Assembly: GCA_964247055.1 (NCBI GenBank)
Contig: OZ176059.1
Coordinates: 1,984,001 to 2,048,000 of the forward strand
Source: Paragordius varius
Lineage: Eukaryota > Animalia > Nematomorpha
Length of the DNA: 64,000 nucleotides
Reading direction: 5' to 3'
The first letter of the stretch is position 1. Each line of letters starts with the position of its first letter. Made by a program: the position numbers and the translations under genes. The notes beneath the pieces were generated by a model. That model was given only the letters and a program-made list of their open reading frames with translations. It was not told the origin of the DNA and searched no databases. Below, piece by piece: positions 39,455-64,000 of this stretch.

Positions 39455-41824
39455 TTTTTAATAAATATGATGTGAAAGCAAATGGAGATTAATTATACAT
39501 GTTTGGAAAAATAAAATCAAGTTCCGTTATCAATCGATAATTACCCAAATATAAGAAAACATTATCTAGGTAAAAATATTTAAAGATGAATGCTTGTTTA
39601 ATATATATATAAACATATGTTTAAACGTTTTCCAAATGGGTTAAGTAACCATCCATTCTCTTTAACAGTGTCGAATATGTTTTTAAATTTTTCTATTGAC
39701 ATATCACTTAAGCTATGTTATAATAATTGCATGCAAAAATACTAAAACCGTTTTTAAACTGCTTTCTTATGACCCTAAATTTTTTCATTTAATTTATAAT
39801 CTACCTATTAAAAACAAATATTTGCATGTATGTAAGTTATGCAATATTTGTCGGGATGATACGGTATCTGCCCTTAGAGACAAAAAAATAATTTATGCGC
39901 CCTTTTAAATTTTGTGGTGAATAGCACTACTCTAATGCGTATTCGGCAATTTTTCGTTAGAATTTCTTAAGAAGCCATGTTATTTTTATATTTTTCCAAT
40001 ATAAAATCACACATAATTCTGTAGATTTGAACCCTTCCATTTTATCCATAATCTGATAACATGACTTTAAATTTTGAATCATGTTAAATTTATTTTTCTA
40101 TGAAAGTTTCCAAACCACTTGTAATCACATAAAAAAAGCTAAAAAATATTTTAAATTACAACTCAAAAAATAAATGTTATTTTAAACTCGAACGAATATT
40201 CCGGCTTGATAATAACATCATAAACAACGTACTTATTGACATATTATATCTAAAATTTTCGCTAGCATACACATCAAAATTGATTCTATTACTGTACAGT
40301 TCTTTAAATAACCCTCTTCTGAACCGGTCATTATATGGCCTAAGTATAATATAGATTTACCATTTTTCAACCAAAATACGCAACAATTTTTCATGCAAAC
40401 GCAGCGTTTTCTCAAGCAGATATTGTCTTTGATTGAAAAAATGTTACGAGGCTTAAAAAATGGATGCGTTTGCTTGAAAAAAATATTGTCTGTAATTGAA
40501 AAATATTGCTTTTGTCTAAAAAAAGGTATAAAAACAGAGGCCGGTTAAAACCTGAGCAAATTGGCTATTAGTAAGAGCGGATCCAATTTACAAGTTAAAA
40601 TTTTTGATAATTAATATTTTATTGGCTCAGCGGTATTAATATGATGACTATAAAAAAGGATTTTATCAATATACTAAAAACCTAAAACGAAAGTGTTATA
40701 TGGTAAAAGGTAGGACCTGCACTGGAATTCCAGTTTGACCTATATTGTTAAAACAAATATATTATTCGTTATAGAATGAAACATTAAACGCAAAAACTAT
40801 GATTGTGAACAGTATTAGGTTTTTAATAAAAAAGCTATAAAACTTTGGCATACAATAAAAAAAGGAGAAAACCGTAATTCACACCTTTTTTATGAAAAGT
40901 TTTGAATAAAAAGACCTTCCCTGTGCAAAATAAAATTTTTTAATTTAACGAATATTTTATAAATAACACGTAGTTGATACTATATGGACAGTATAATGGT
41001 TTTGGCAAGAGGGGAAAGCATTTTTATAGGTTGCTAATATTCAGAAATCTATAGCCTCGAAAAATATTATAACATTTATAATTTATTTAGGCAAAAAAAT
41101 CTAAGGATGTCATTATAATAAAATGCTACAAAAGGTTCTTTCGCTCACGCAGCAATGAATAGATGTAATTTTCTCATCTCCATATAATAGCAAGTCAATA
41201 ATAATTAAAGTTATGGTAAAATTATAGAATAATTTCAAAAATTTTAAAGTTTACATATATCCACATAATTAACAACATACAGTGTGGGTGAGGGTGTGAA
41301 AGTGCGTACATTGTGCAAATATATATAATATATATATATATAGAAAAATTGAAAAAAAAACTAAATAATAAACACGTGTAAGAAAATATCTCAGTTAGGG
41401 ACATCTTATATGGTGGTGATGGTGCTTTGGAAGAAATAGGAAATATCAATAAATACATACTAAAAACGATCAAAATAATTTTAATCGAAAAAAATGGAAT
41501 AATTAAACACTTTTTTTCCACCAGCAATAAAGTATATATATATATAAATATATATATGTCTAAAAAAGTTGCGTATGATTTTTTGGAAACAAATCAGATA
41601 TAATAATAGGTAAAAAGATTAATGAAAAAAAATTTTGTGAACAAAAAAAACGAAGAGTTTTAACAAGCAAATTTGCAACAAATATTGGTGTGAATCAATA
41701 ATTTAAACTGCTAGGGAAACAAACAAAAGCTAAATTATAAACATTGCAATATACATCACACATTTCTTAACCAATATTTTCCAGTCAGTTTATTCCACTT
41801 AAAATTACGTCATTTTATCCGTTT

Positions 41825-53519
<11,695 letters not shown>

Positions 53520-55483
53520 CCTGTAGTTATTGTAAAAATAATTTTCTAAATCCCCTTTGGAAGCCAACTTTAACCGATTTTATGTGGTATGCGTGCGTCA
53601 AAATATTCTGATAAAATTATACTCTGCTATTGCGCAAGCGCACATATCACGTGATTACACGTTTTGAATAGGCATACTTTTACAGCGATATATAGCCAAA
53701 AAAAATTTAATATTAATTTTTTCGTAAGTTATGATAATTTTATAATTATTTTAGAAATATTCAATAATTATATATAACTTATGTTTTAAATTGATTTAAT
53801 AAAAGGAACACTTTTTTTCACATATGTATAAAGAAAACAGTAATTGACCAAAAGAGAATAATTATTGCCCATTTCGGTTTATTAAATGGTTAAAAGGGTT
53901 TAATTTTTTATTTTCACACTTAAAATTTAATTTTTTTGAAAATGTAACCTATAAAAACGAAAAATATCATACATGGTAGAAACATGTAAATTATAAACCC
54001 TAACCAATTAACATTAACAAAATGGGCAATCATAACTCTCGTTAGTGTAATAATTATATATTCACTTGAATGGCAATATAAATGTGGTTTTGCTATATGC
54101 TGCTCTAATATTTTGTTAAAAAAGAATTGAATAAAAAGTTTTTATGTGGCCAACGAGAATGAACATTTTATGTTAATAATAAATTAAATTTCCGTAAAAT
54201 TTATTTTATTTTCAAATTTATCGAATCGTAATAATTTTTTTATCCAAACGAAATTAAAAATAATAATCACACAAAATATAAAATATTTACAAATAGCGTT
54301 CATTTTACAACTTTGGTTAACATTAATCATATCTCTATTAGGTATGATGCAAAGTTTATAAAAGAGCCTTCCATTTAATTCATGGGAAAAAAATTGTAAT
54401 TTAATTCAAAAACAGTATTCTATCCATGATATAACATTATTAAATGTCATATTTTTCATGAATAAAAGCTTCGATAACCGTTTAGGGTTAGAGTTGGAAT
54501 CAACCCGGTTTCGGTTTCAAGATTTTAGGAAGCCATTGGATTCCTTTTCAAAATAGTAACAATCAGAACGGTTCCAGTTCTAATTGTCCAAAAATTAGTC
54601 CGGTTCCACTTTTTTTAAACCGGTTTGAAGGCTTGACCTAAATTAAAATAGATAATTCGCTAATTATTCTTTACATTGGAATTAAGGAATTTCAACCTAT
54701 ATTAAATTTATCAAAAAGGTAATTTTCGATTGTGCTATAGTAATCTTTGTTGAACTAAAAAAACAAAAAAACTTTAGTTAATAAATTTCTATAATTTAAT
54801 AAATATTGATGTATCCTCATTTTACCAGCAATAATGAAAATAAAAATATTTTAACCAGAAATTTAATTGCATAAATCAAAGGGTATTTTATATGCCATTT
54901 ATTATTATAGGAAGAAAAATGTATTAGTAAGCTTTATAATATATATGAAAAACTAAAACCTATTTTAAATATCATATAGATATTTTAAAATGTGCTGTGC
55001 GGAGTCGAATGACTTTTTGGGGCATTGCGTTTCGACTCCTGTAAATAGGTATTTATAAAGACCAAACCGAGCTAAAAAAACTAAATCCTTATAAATAAAA
55101 AACCATTTTAATAAAAGGTTTTTTTTATTATACATGAATGTACCGAATAAATCGAGCAGTTTTTTAAATATTTTCTTGTGTTTGATCGCTTCCCTGTAAA
55201 ATCACGTTTTGTTTTTCACCGAAAAAATGATCGTTAACATATTTTATAATAAACAAATCTTTCGGGGAATGTTAATTAATTAATAAAATTATTTTATGGC
55301 CTCATAAATATCCTTATGAATGTGCCGTTAATAGTCAAGACCCGTTTTTGAAAATAAGATATTTACAAATCTATGAACTTATTTCCCAAAGTCATAGCGA
55401 CCCGCTATAAAAAGGACATGTGTAAATGTATTGAGTTTGCGTTTCAGGCCAATTTTTTATTATAGAACTGCTTTGAATTTATA

Positions 55484-56270
55484 TATACCATTTACATCTC
55501 AAATTCACACTTTCACAATTTAAATTTACCCTTAAATAATTTGAATTCACTCTTAAACAATTTAAATTTACACTTGAACAATTCTTGAACAATTCACACT
55601 TGAACATTGAAGAATTTAAATTCACACTTGAACAATTCAAATTTACCCTTGATCATTTCGAGTTTACCCTCAACAATTCAAATTCACCTGAAAATAAATG
55701 ATGTGTTTTGGGGCTAACATAATGCATCATCAATATGAATTATTTCTTTATGCATAATTATTATTTTTTTAGTATAATGTTTATTTTAATCGAATTTTAT
55801 TATTAAAAATATATTAAAATATAGATAATTTTTAATATTCAAAAACACAATTTATATCAGTATGAATTTAAATTGTTTGAGAGAGAATTTGAATTGTTTA
55901 AGGGTGGACTGAATTGTTCAAGGGTGAATTTGAATTGTTTAAGGGTGGACTTGAGTTGATTGAGGGTTCATTTAAATTGTTTAAGAGTGAATTCGGATTG
56001 TTCGAGGTTGAGTTTGATTGTTCAAGGGTGAATTTGAATTGTTCAAGGGTGTGAATTGTTTAAGGGTGAACTTGGATTGAGGGTTCATTTATATTGTTTG
56101 AGGGGGAATTCGGATTGTTCAAGGTTGAGTTTGATTGTTCAAGGGTGAATTTAAATTGTTGAAGGGGGAATCGGAATCAAGGGTAAATTTAAATTATTCT
56201 CTGAATTGTTCTAAGGTAAATAGGGTGAATTTGGATTGTTAGAGGCTGAATATGAGCTGTAAATGGTATA
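55484..56270. mobile_element. MITE family A copy with strongly expanded 21-bp arrays
   Basis: TATACCATTTACATCTC...GAGCTGTAAATGGTATA. Both arms are expanded and the element is about 790 bp, versus about 240-370 bp for most other copies. Confidence 0.9.
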
Positions 56271-56453
56271 ATATTATTGGCTGGTGAACGCTCTTTTTAA
56301 TATGTATACTTTTAAACTGCGTAGTTGAATAAAGAATGAGTATCCATCTAAGAAAAAAAATCATTTTAATCAAAATTGTTATTTGCATGTTGTATTAATT
56401 AGGGGGCAGCGGTTTAGCACACTGGGTCAGTTAAAGATATTATATAAAAATAT

Positions 56454-56752
56454 TACACTAAAAATTGAAATTATACGGACAAAACGTAAAAAATATAAAA
56501 AAACGTATTTTTATTTAATCAAAAAGACAACTAACCATACTTGAATCTTGATTTTTCTAAATATAAATGATAGTTTTGAAATACAAAGTATATAATTGAG
56601 ATGTAAATTGGTAACACAATCTATTATTATGTATAGGATTGGAATTAATTATTTTTTATAAGATAAATCTAGAAATTAAAGTATGATTGCCTTTTAAAAT
56701 AATTGTCATCATATTTTTACGTTTTGTCCGTATAATTTCAATTTTTACTGTA
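56454..56752. mobile_element. MITE family B copy
   Basis: TACACTAAAAATTGAAATTATACGGACAAAACG...TTCAATTTTTACTGTA. Confidence 0.88.
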
Positions 56753-56943
56753 TTTGTGGATATTTTACAATAAATATTGAATATTCAATCTTTTATAAAA
56801 ATATGGCCCGTTACCTGTTTCGGCGGTTAAATGCGGCCCGCGAAAGCATTTGTGTTAGACATATTTCTGCTCTATCAAAAATTATTAAGCTAATAATCTC
56901 AATATGTCATTAATGTATATAATTATATGAATCTTGTCGCTAA

Positions 56944-57492
56944 TATACCTGCACTTGTCCTTGAACACTTCAAGTTGGTCTTTGAATATTTAAAGTTGGT
57001 CCTTACTTGAAGTTGGTCTTTGAATATTCCAAGTTGGTCTTTAAAATTTTTAAATTTTGTAACCATAATTTTTGCATGTATATTTTTATTTTATTATTTT
57101 TTAACCTAATTTTCTTTTTTTATTATAAATTTTTTCATTTAAAATTAAAATTTTTCATTTATAAACAACTTTTTTTATTTCAAACTTATTTTTTTCCAAT
57201 TTAACAAATAACTTTTATATATTTAAATGAAATATTGTTAATAATAACCCATAAAACTTAAATATTTTTTAATAAGGTGTTCAAATCTTATAAATATAAA
57301 AATATATTTTAAGCAATTTGTAAAGATACACGGTTTTTCCATAATTAAAACTTGATAGTGATTTAAAATTTAATAATAGAAAATAGGTTAAAAACGATAA
57401 AATAGATGAATGATATACGATTTGATTGATAAAGGTTAAAAAGTCAAAGGCCAACTTGAAGTGTTCAAGGACACCCTTGAAGTAATGGTATA
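56944..57492. mobile_element. MITE family A3 (TATACC...ATGGTATA ends, different 21-bp repeat)
   Basis: The left arm has about 21-bp repeats CTTGAACACTTCAAGTTGGTC. The right arm has the inverted copy CCAACTTGAAGTGTTCAAGGAC and ends AGTAATGGTATA. Confidence 0.75.
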
Positions 57493-57745
57493 GCATTTTC
57501 GAACCGACACTGTCATATAATTTCAAAACCTCGAAATATATAAAATATTTTTTACATTAATTCATATGAACCTATATTTTTTGGAAAACGTGCCAAAATC
57601 CTAACATTTTAATAAAATATTAAATTATATCAGGTGTTCCGAATTTGATCATTGTACGATTTGATTTATTTGGGTAAATATAATTCGTAAATACATACAA
57701 AATATTGCTAAAATATTATGTTAATAATAGATAAAAATACATAAT

Positions 57746-58500
57746 TTATAATTTGATATTGGGATCATTACAAGTGTAAAATTTGTGAAGTTTTCGAAAT
57801 TTTTCTAGTGAAATTGATTTTTTAGGTAACTTTATTGTCGTTGTATAATTATTATCATACCAAGGCACATTTATTTGTTCGATTATTTTAAGGAGTTTAG
57901 TTTGAGAATTAGCCAAATTTGCTGTAATTTTGTAACAAATTTGTTGATTAAAGCCAAAAACAATGCCTAAATGATATTTCCACATCGCTGTTTTCCATTC
58001 CTTTTTTTGATTTATTATTGCTAATGAGTTTGTATCATCTCTGTTTGAACTAGAATCCCAACAAGTATTTACCTTTGAACGGTAGGCAAACTCTTCAAAC
58101 TTACTTTGTGCTGATTTTTGACCCTTTTGAGAAAGTTTTTTAACAATAGATTTGTGTATCATAAAGAGATGATGGGTAAATTCATCGGTATTTATGTAAA
58201 CTATGGTTTGTTTGTTGGATATAAATTGCCTTACAACACACAAGTCAATGGAATGCTGGTGCGAAAATGTATGATTTTTGTTAATACAATTAAATCCAGA
58301 AGTAAATTGGGTGTTGGTATCGTTAGGTTGTATTTTAAAGATTTCAGTGACAAGTTCAAAATCATCAATATCTTCACATGTATACCAGGCGGCAATAAAC
58401 GTTGTATTTAAAAAGTATATATCGACATCTTCAAAATTATTTATAATTTGATCTTCATTGGTAAAATAATCTTTCTGGATGTATAACAATAAATTTTCTG
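57746..58500 (-). CDS. Orphan coding exon (at least 247 aa open frame), product unknown
   Basis: About 750 nt without a stop in very AT-rich DNA. There is no ATG near the 5' end; a TTTAG/CAG acceptor at about 58500 follows an in-frame TAA, so this is an internal or terminal exon. No family recognised. Confidence 0.5.
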
Positions 58501-59514
58501 CTAAATATGAAATATTTTAAACCTTTGGGCATATAAATTTGAATATTTTTAGCACATGCGTATTTTCAGATGTTCTTAAGTAGAAAAATGTAAAATATGC
58601 TTCGAAAGGGATATGGTATCACTATAAACAGACTTATATATACTCCAACCAAATAACTTGCAGATTAACCCAGTGTGTTTTTCTAATAGAATATTTAAAT
58701 GTTTTTTAAAAAGTTTTAAGAATGGAATAAATGTTTTTCCTTTTCTTTTTAATATATATTGGGGATTCTAGGACCACATTATAACTTGATATAATACAAA
58801 AAAATAATTTGTCCCAAAATAATTATATTAATACTAACAGTGGTAGTCAGACAGCTTAAAATACTTAAAAAATATATAAATATCTATAAATGGGTCAATT
58901 AGAAAAAAATTTAATATCAAACCACTTCGAAGATTTTTATTTCACATTTTTGCAAATATTGCGTTTTTTGATTCCAATAAAATTAACTCATACGTTTATT
59001 GTGAGAAAACAAGTCCAATTTAGAGTAGCGATTAAAGATTCTCGACCGGCAAAAAATTAAAATTTATACAAATATTGTATTGATTTATTATCCAGTAATA
59101 GGTTGAATTTTTTTAAAAATTAATAGCCGTCCCTGCACGCTTCACTGGGATGTAGTCTCACCGATAATTATTTTGATTAATTTGTAATAAATAGAGATAA
59201 TAGAGATAAAATAAAAAACATATTTAATAAAAAGAATCGTTATTTTTACGGGTTTTTGCAAAGGATCAAACATTGTTTACTCGAAATTGACCATATTTAA
59301 ACTGTCCCTTATTAAAGTTAATATTCAACTATGTTTTACGAAATCATAATTATAGTTTTATTTTAAAATTGTGTGCACACAGCTGGGATCAAGGGCCTTT
59401 TTAAAGGAAAAAATGTAAAATTTCCGAAATATGTTTAATTAAACTCCCATGGCTTCTTAAGTTTTTTAATCAGCTCCAAATCCACGCCATTTTTGTACGG
59501 CGTCTCAGTTTTAA

Positions 59515-60096
59515 CACTTGGATACAACACACTCATTTTAGTCCTTCGATTCAAATTGGGGTAGTTGGATACCCCAGGCCTGTTTAAAATCAAATAGTTT
59601 AAAAAGTATGGAAGGAATCGAAGCCATGGCAAAATTTTGCACTTATATAACATTAATAAACCGAAATATATAAAAAATTTTATTCAAAATAATTTGATAT
59701 TACTTATTTTAAGCGAAAACCGAAAGGTAAAAATTTCGTCCACGTGACATGTGTCAAATTTCAAAATTAAAAAATATTAAAAAATAAACCGTTTTTCTTA
59801 GTTCAATCAATGATAGATAGAATTTATATGAAAAATTAGCTTTAGTTTTACTCTTAAAATTAAATGAAGACGATATTTTGCAAAAATTTTGTAAAATAAA
59901 AATGGCGTCGATGTAGTTTGAGATGGAACTTTTTTTTCAAAACAAAATTTTACCAAGATATTTTGGCATATTTATATAATTTTTATCTGGATAGAAGCAT
60001 AAATTTAAATTGGCACCGTTTCCTTCAGTAGTTTATTAAAAATATTAATTTAAATTTAGTCTGGGGTATTTAGATACCCCAATTTGAATCGAAGTG
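59515..60096. mobile_element. piggyBac-like MITE family E
   Basis: TTAA on both sides. Ends are CACTTGGAT... and ...ATCGAAGTG, with internal inverted repeats CTTCGATTCAAATTGGGGTA-N-ATACCCCAG. Confidence 0.8.
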
Positions 60097-60100
60097 TTAA

Positions 60101-61940
60101 ACTGGTAGACCCCTACCCATAGAACTATATGGAAAAAAGGGCTGAGTTAAATTTGCTTTTATAGGCAAATATTTGGAATCATCTTTCACACCATCGTCTA
60201 ATGGGTTATTTAAAAAAATACCTCATCACTACATCGTTAAATGATGGCGAATTTCTAGGACCTAAAGGCCCAAATTAACGGCTAATAAAAAAGCGCCTGA
60301 CCTCTTTTTACCTATTTAGGGGTAATATTTTAAGCTTTTAATGAGCTCATATGGCTTCATAATTTCTGTAAATTAGCTCAACAAAGAAATTTCTATATAG
60401 TGGCGAAGTTGCGGATAGCTCTTTACCCAGGGGCAGGTATAAAAAAGCGTTGGGCAAAATTTTAGTCTTTATATGAGGAATATGTAAAATTATCATAGAT
60501 TCCATATGTCCCCATTAGACTCATAGATTTTCGAAAGTTGCCAAAGGCATGCTGTATCGATATGGTGACGCAGTTTTATGCAGGTATCCCCTTAACCAGG
60601 GGCGAAACAAAAGAACGCTCGATTCAAATTTTGCCTGAATTCGGGTAATACCTATAATCATGACTGATTCCATATGCTCTAGTGGGATTTTTGTAAAATA
60701 TCCTCAAAACCAATAAGTCATTCTATAGTGGCTTATTCAAGGCAAGGGTCTACTTAAGGGATAATTTAATAAAACCACTCTACTTAAATTTTGCCTTTTT
60801 ACGGGTATTTCAAAACTAATATGGCCTGATAGGTTTTCTCAAATTCGCTTCGAAAGTCACTTTGTATCGATATGGCGGCGCAGTGTTAGCGGGTATCCCC
60901 CTAACCAGAGGCCAACATAAAAAAGACGTTTAATAAAAATTTATACCTTTATAGGGGAATACCTGGAATTATCATTTATTCCATATGTTCCTAATATTTT
61001 TGGAAGAATGGCTTCAAAACTAAATAATAGTTTAATGATAGCGCATTTATTAGAACTTAAAAGGCCAATTTAACGGCTATTTTAAAAAAACCGCTCGATT
61101 TATTGCCTATTTACGGGTAATATTTCAGGCCCTTATTAAACTTATATGGCCTGATAAGTTTTTTGAAAATTAACTACAACGCAATTATGGTGGCGCAGTT
61201 TTAGGCGGGTTGTCCCCTACCCAGAGGCTGATAAAAAAGAGCTTGATTAAAATTTTTGCCTTTTTACGGTACCTGGAATCTAGATTGATTCCATACGCTC
61301 TCATTAGTTTTTGGAAAAATTGCCTCAAAACTAAAAAATTATTCTATGGTGGGCATTTTTCAGGGCGTGAAGGGCCTAATTAACGGCTAATTTATAACGC
61401 ACGACCTAAATTTTTCCCTTGTTACGGGTAATATTTTAATCACCTATTGAACTCATATGGTCTGATAGGATATCTAAAATTTAGGTCCAAGGGCACGCTA
61501 TTCCGATATGACGGGGCACATTTTAGCGGTATCTACTAACCAAGCAGCAAATATAAAAAACGCTCGACTAAATTTTTTGACTTTGAACAGGGAATACCTA
61601 AAATCCTCATTGAGTTTTTACGATCTCATACCTTGGGCGAAAAATTTATAAAATTATTTTAAAAATGGCATTTTACGGGGGTAGCGGGTAAAAAGGGAGC
61701 CTAAACGAGCCGCTTGTGTTCGACGCAATCGAAAAAAAGTAAATAAAAAACTATATAAATCGAATGGTCCAACACGTTTCCCGAAGAATTGTCTCAAAGA
61801 CACGATTTCACGGGGTGTGCCCAAACTAAGCGCCTAATTAAAAACAATGGCGAAGCCATTCTCGGGAAATCAATTAATGATTATATTCTTTCGACATTAG
61901 GATTTAAATGGGTCTACCGGTTTTCCATTTATAATATAGA
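60101..61940 (-). mobile_element. Inverted relative of the 38-39 kb Helitron-like element with about 310-320-bp internal tandem units
   Basis: The minus-strand 5' end A|TCTATATTATAAATGGAAAAACCGGTAGACCCATTTAAATCC at 61940 matches the 38.3 kb copy. Repeated ATATGG(C/T)GGCGCAG...GGTATCCCC units at about 60395, 60560, 60870, 61186, 61506. The 3' end is not identified. Confidence 0.65.
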
Positions 61941-62390
61941 TGCGAAAATTTTGCTATTATCTGATATGGAATAATTACCACAAAAGTAAATATAACAGTC
62001 TTATATTAAAGGGCCTAAAACATAAGCACCACGATAACCTGATATTTCTTATCAGAATATACATATATATTATATAAATATATTATCATAATTTTATACC
62101 CCCCGATTAACGCAGTGTGTAGTTTATGATATATTTATTAATTTGGAATAAGGCATTTCGTTACAATGAATTTTAATATAAGTTGTTTTCAATTGTTGCC
62201 ATTTACTGATATGAGCCATTCCCACAAAATGGTACTTTCTATCATACGTAAGTCTCAAAATCAAAACCATCATAATGTGTCTATTTTTTATCAGATTATA
62301 TATCGTTCTTATACCACCCGATTTTTTCCACAATGTAATATACATATATATATATATATATATATAAAATAAAACAGTCAAAAATTATTT

Positions 62391-63159
62391 AGGGATACAA
62401 CTCATTTTCGTTTCCCTAGTTTTAATTTAAAGTCGTTGGATGCCCCAGGCCTGTTAAAATTAAATTTCAAAATATAAAATATTTGAAACCATGGCAATAT
62501 TTTTTCATACATTTATTGAAATATATTAAAATATTCATTAAATTTTTAATAATACTTATTTTAAGGTACAAGTCAAATTGAGTCATATGACATGTGTGCA
62601 TTCTCTATAACAACACATTAATTATTCCTTTGATTCAAATTGGGGTATTCGGAAACCCCAGGCAAGTAATTAACTACTTTAAAATTATGGAAGCAATCGA
62701 AACCATGGCAAAATTTTGCACTGATATAATATTAATAAACTGAAATATGTAAAATAATTTTATTCAAAAATACTTGATATTACTTATTTTATGGTTAAAC
62801 CCAAAGGTACAAATTTGATCAACGTGACATGTGTGCGTTAATTAAATCTAATACAAAATATACCACATTTTTTATTTTTATCAATGCTATTATGTAATTT
62901 AAACAAATAATTAGCTTTAATTATATCTTTAAAAACAAATGAACACGCTATTTTGCAAAACTTTGCAAAATAAAAATGGCTCCAAAGTAGTTTGATATGA
63001 TACTTTTTTTCGAAATTTCGTTTAGATATTTTAGCATATTTATATAATTTATATTAGGATAGAGGCATTAAATTGGGACCGTTTTTTTCTGTAGTTTTTC
63101 AAAAATTATAAATTAAATTTGCCCTGGGACATTTAGATACCCCAATTTGAATCGAAGTG
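62391..63159. mobile_element. piggyBac-like MITE family E, degenerate copy with a duplicated left part
   Basis: Two left-end remnants (about 62391 and 62610) and an intact right end GAATCGAAGTG|TTAA. Confidence 0.65.
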
Positions 63160-63350
63160 TTAAAAATAATTTAAAATAAACCGCCTTTTCTGTTAATATC
63201 TATAAAGATGGAATTTTTATCAAAAATTATCTTTAAAATAAATTAGACGCGATATTTTGCAAAAATTTGCAAAATGAAAATGGAACTTAATATGGAAGTT
63301 TTTTTCAAAACTATTTTATTTTAATATATCGGCTTATTTATTTATATTAA

Positions 63351-63928
63351 CACTTGGATACAACATACTCATTTTAGTCCTTCGATTTAAATTGGGGTAG
63401 TTGGATACCCCAGGCCTGTTTAAAATTATTTCTTTAAAAAATATAGAAGGAATCGAAACCATGGCAAAATCTTGCACTTATCTAACATTAATAAACCGAA
63501 CTATATAAAAAAATTTATTCAAAAATACCTGATATTACTTATTTTAAGCTAAAACCGAAAGGTAAAAATTTCGTCAACGTGACATGTGTCAAATTGCAAA
63601 ATTGAAAAATTATACAAACTAAACCGCTTTTTCTATTTCTATCAATGTTAGATGTAATTTATATAAAAAATAAGCTTTAGTTTTACCCTTAAAATTTAAT
63701 AAAGACGATATTTTGCAAAAATTTTGTAAAATAAAAATGGCGTCGAAAGTAGTTTGAGATGAAGCTTTTTTTCAAAACAAAATTTTATCAAGATATTTTG
63801 GCATATTTATATAATATTTATCAGGATAGAAGCATAAATTTTTGGGACCGTTTCCTTCAGTAGTTTTTTAAAAAAATTAATTTAAATTTAGTCTGGGGTA
63901 TTTATATACCCCAATTTGAATCGAAGTG
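63351..63928. mobile_element. piggyBac-like MITE family E copy
   Basis: TTAA|CACTTGGATACAAC...GAATCGAAGTG|TTAA, 578 bp, collinear with 59515-60096. Confidence 0.85.
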
Positions 63929-64000
63929 TTAAGATTAAGTATAAATCTAAATGGAGACCGTTTCTTTCAGTAGTTTTTTAAAATATCAACTTAAATATAT

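Noticed and set aside
55001-55039. tRNA-like hairpin GGAGTCGAA...TTCGACTCC
   Set aside because: There is a 9-bp stem with a T-loop-like motif, but I could not build a cloverleaf, anticodon arm or A-box.

Overview
This is a very AT-rich, intron-containing animal (invertebrate-type) genomic window. The species cannot be determined from the sequence. I reconstructed five spliced genes by hand with phase-consistent exon chains: (1) the 3' half of a LIV-1-type ZIP/SLC39 zinc transporter (+, 1776-6580); (2) a divergent, greatly elongated Nse4/EID-family SMC5/6 kleisin (-, 8357-17585); (3) casein kinase II beta (+, 17662-21027), head-to-head with Nse4 with only 76 bp between the ATGs; (4) a DUF229 alkaline-phosphatase/sulfatase-superfamily type II membrane protein (-, 24134-36374); (5) a complete 19-exon O-GlcNAc transferase (-, 41825-53519). 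There is also one orphan coding exon (-, 57746-58500). Introns and intergenic DNA are packed with non-autonomous DNA transposons: three related MITE families with TATACC(AT) ends and 21-bp subterminal repeats, a TA-flanked CAGTAAAA MITE family, TTAA piggyBac-like MITEs, hAT MITEs, a dead Buster/Charlie-type hAT with a perfect 8-bp TSD, and Helitron-like elements. The most notable observation is OGT intron 4, which matches the position of the O-GlcNAc-regulated detained intron of vertebrate OGT. Here it carries CpG-rich complementary arms, a candidate poison exon, an in-frame ATG-bearing cassette and a cluster of decoy-like 5' splice sites. Other oddities are a GC-AG intron, a 30-nt intron and Asn-rich insertions in all five proteins. 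All coordinates and alignments were made by eye, and human reference motifs are quoted from memory.
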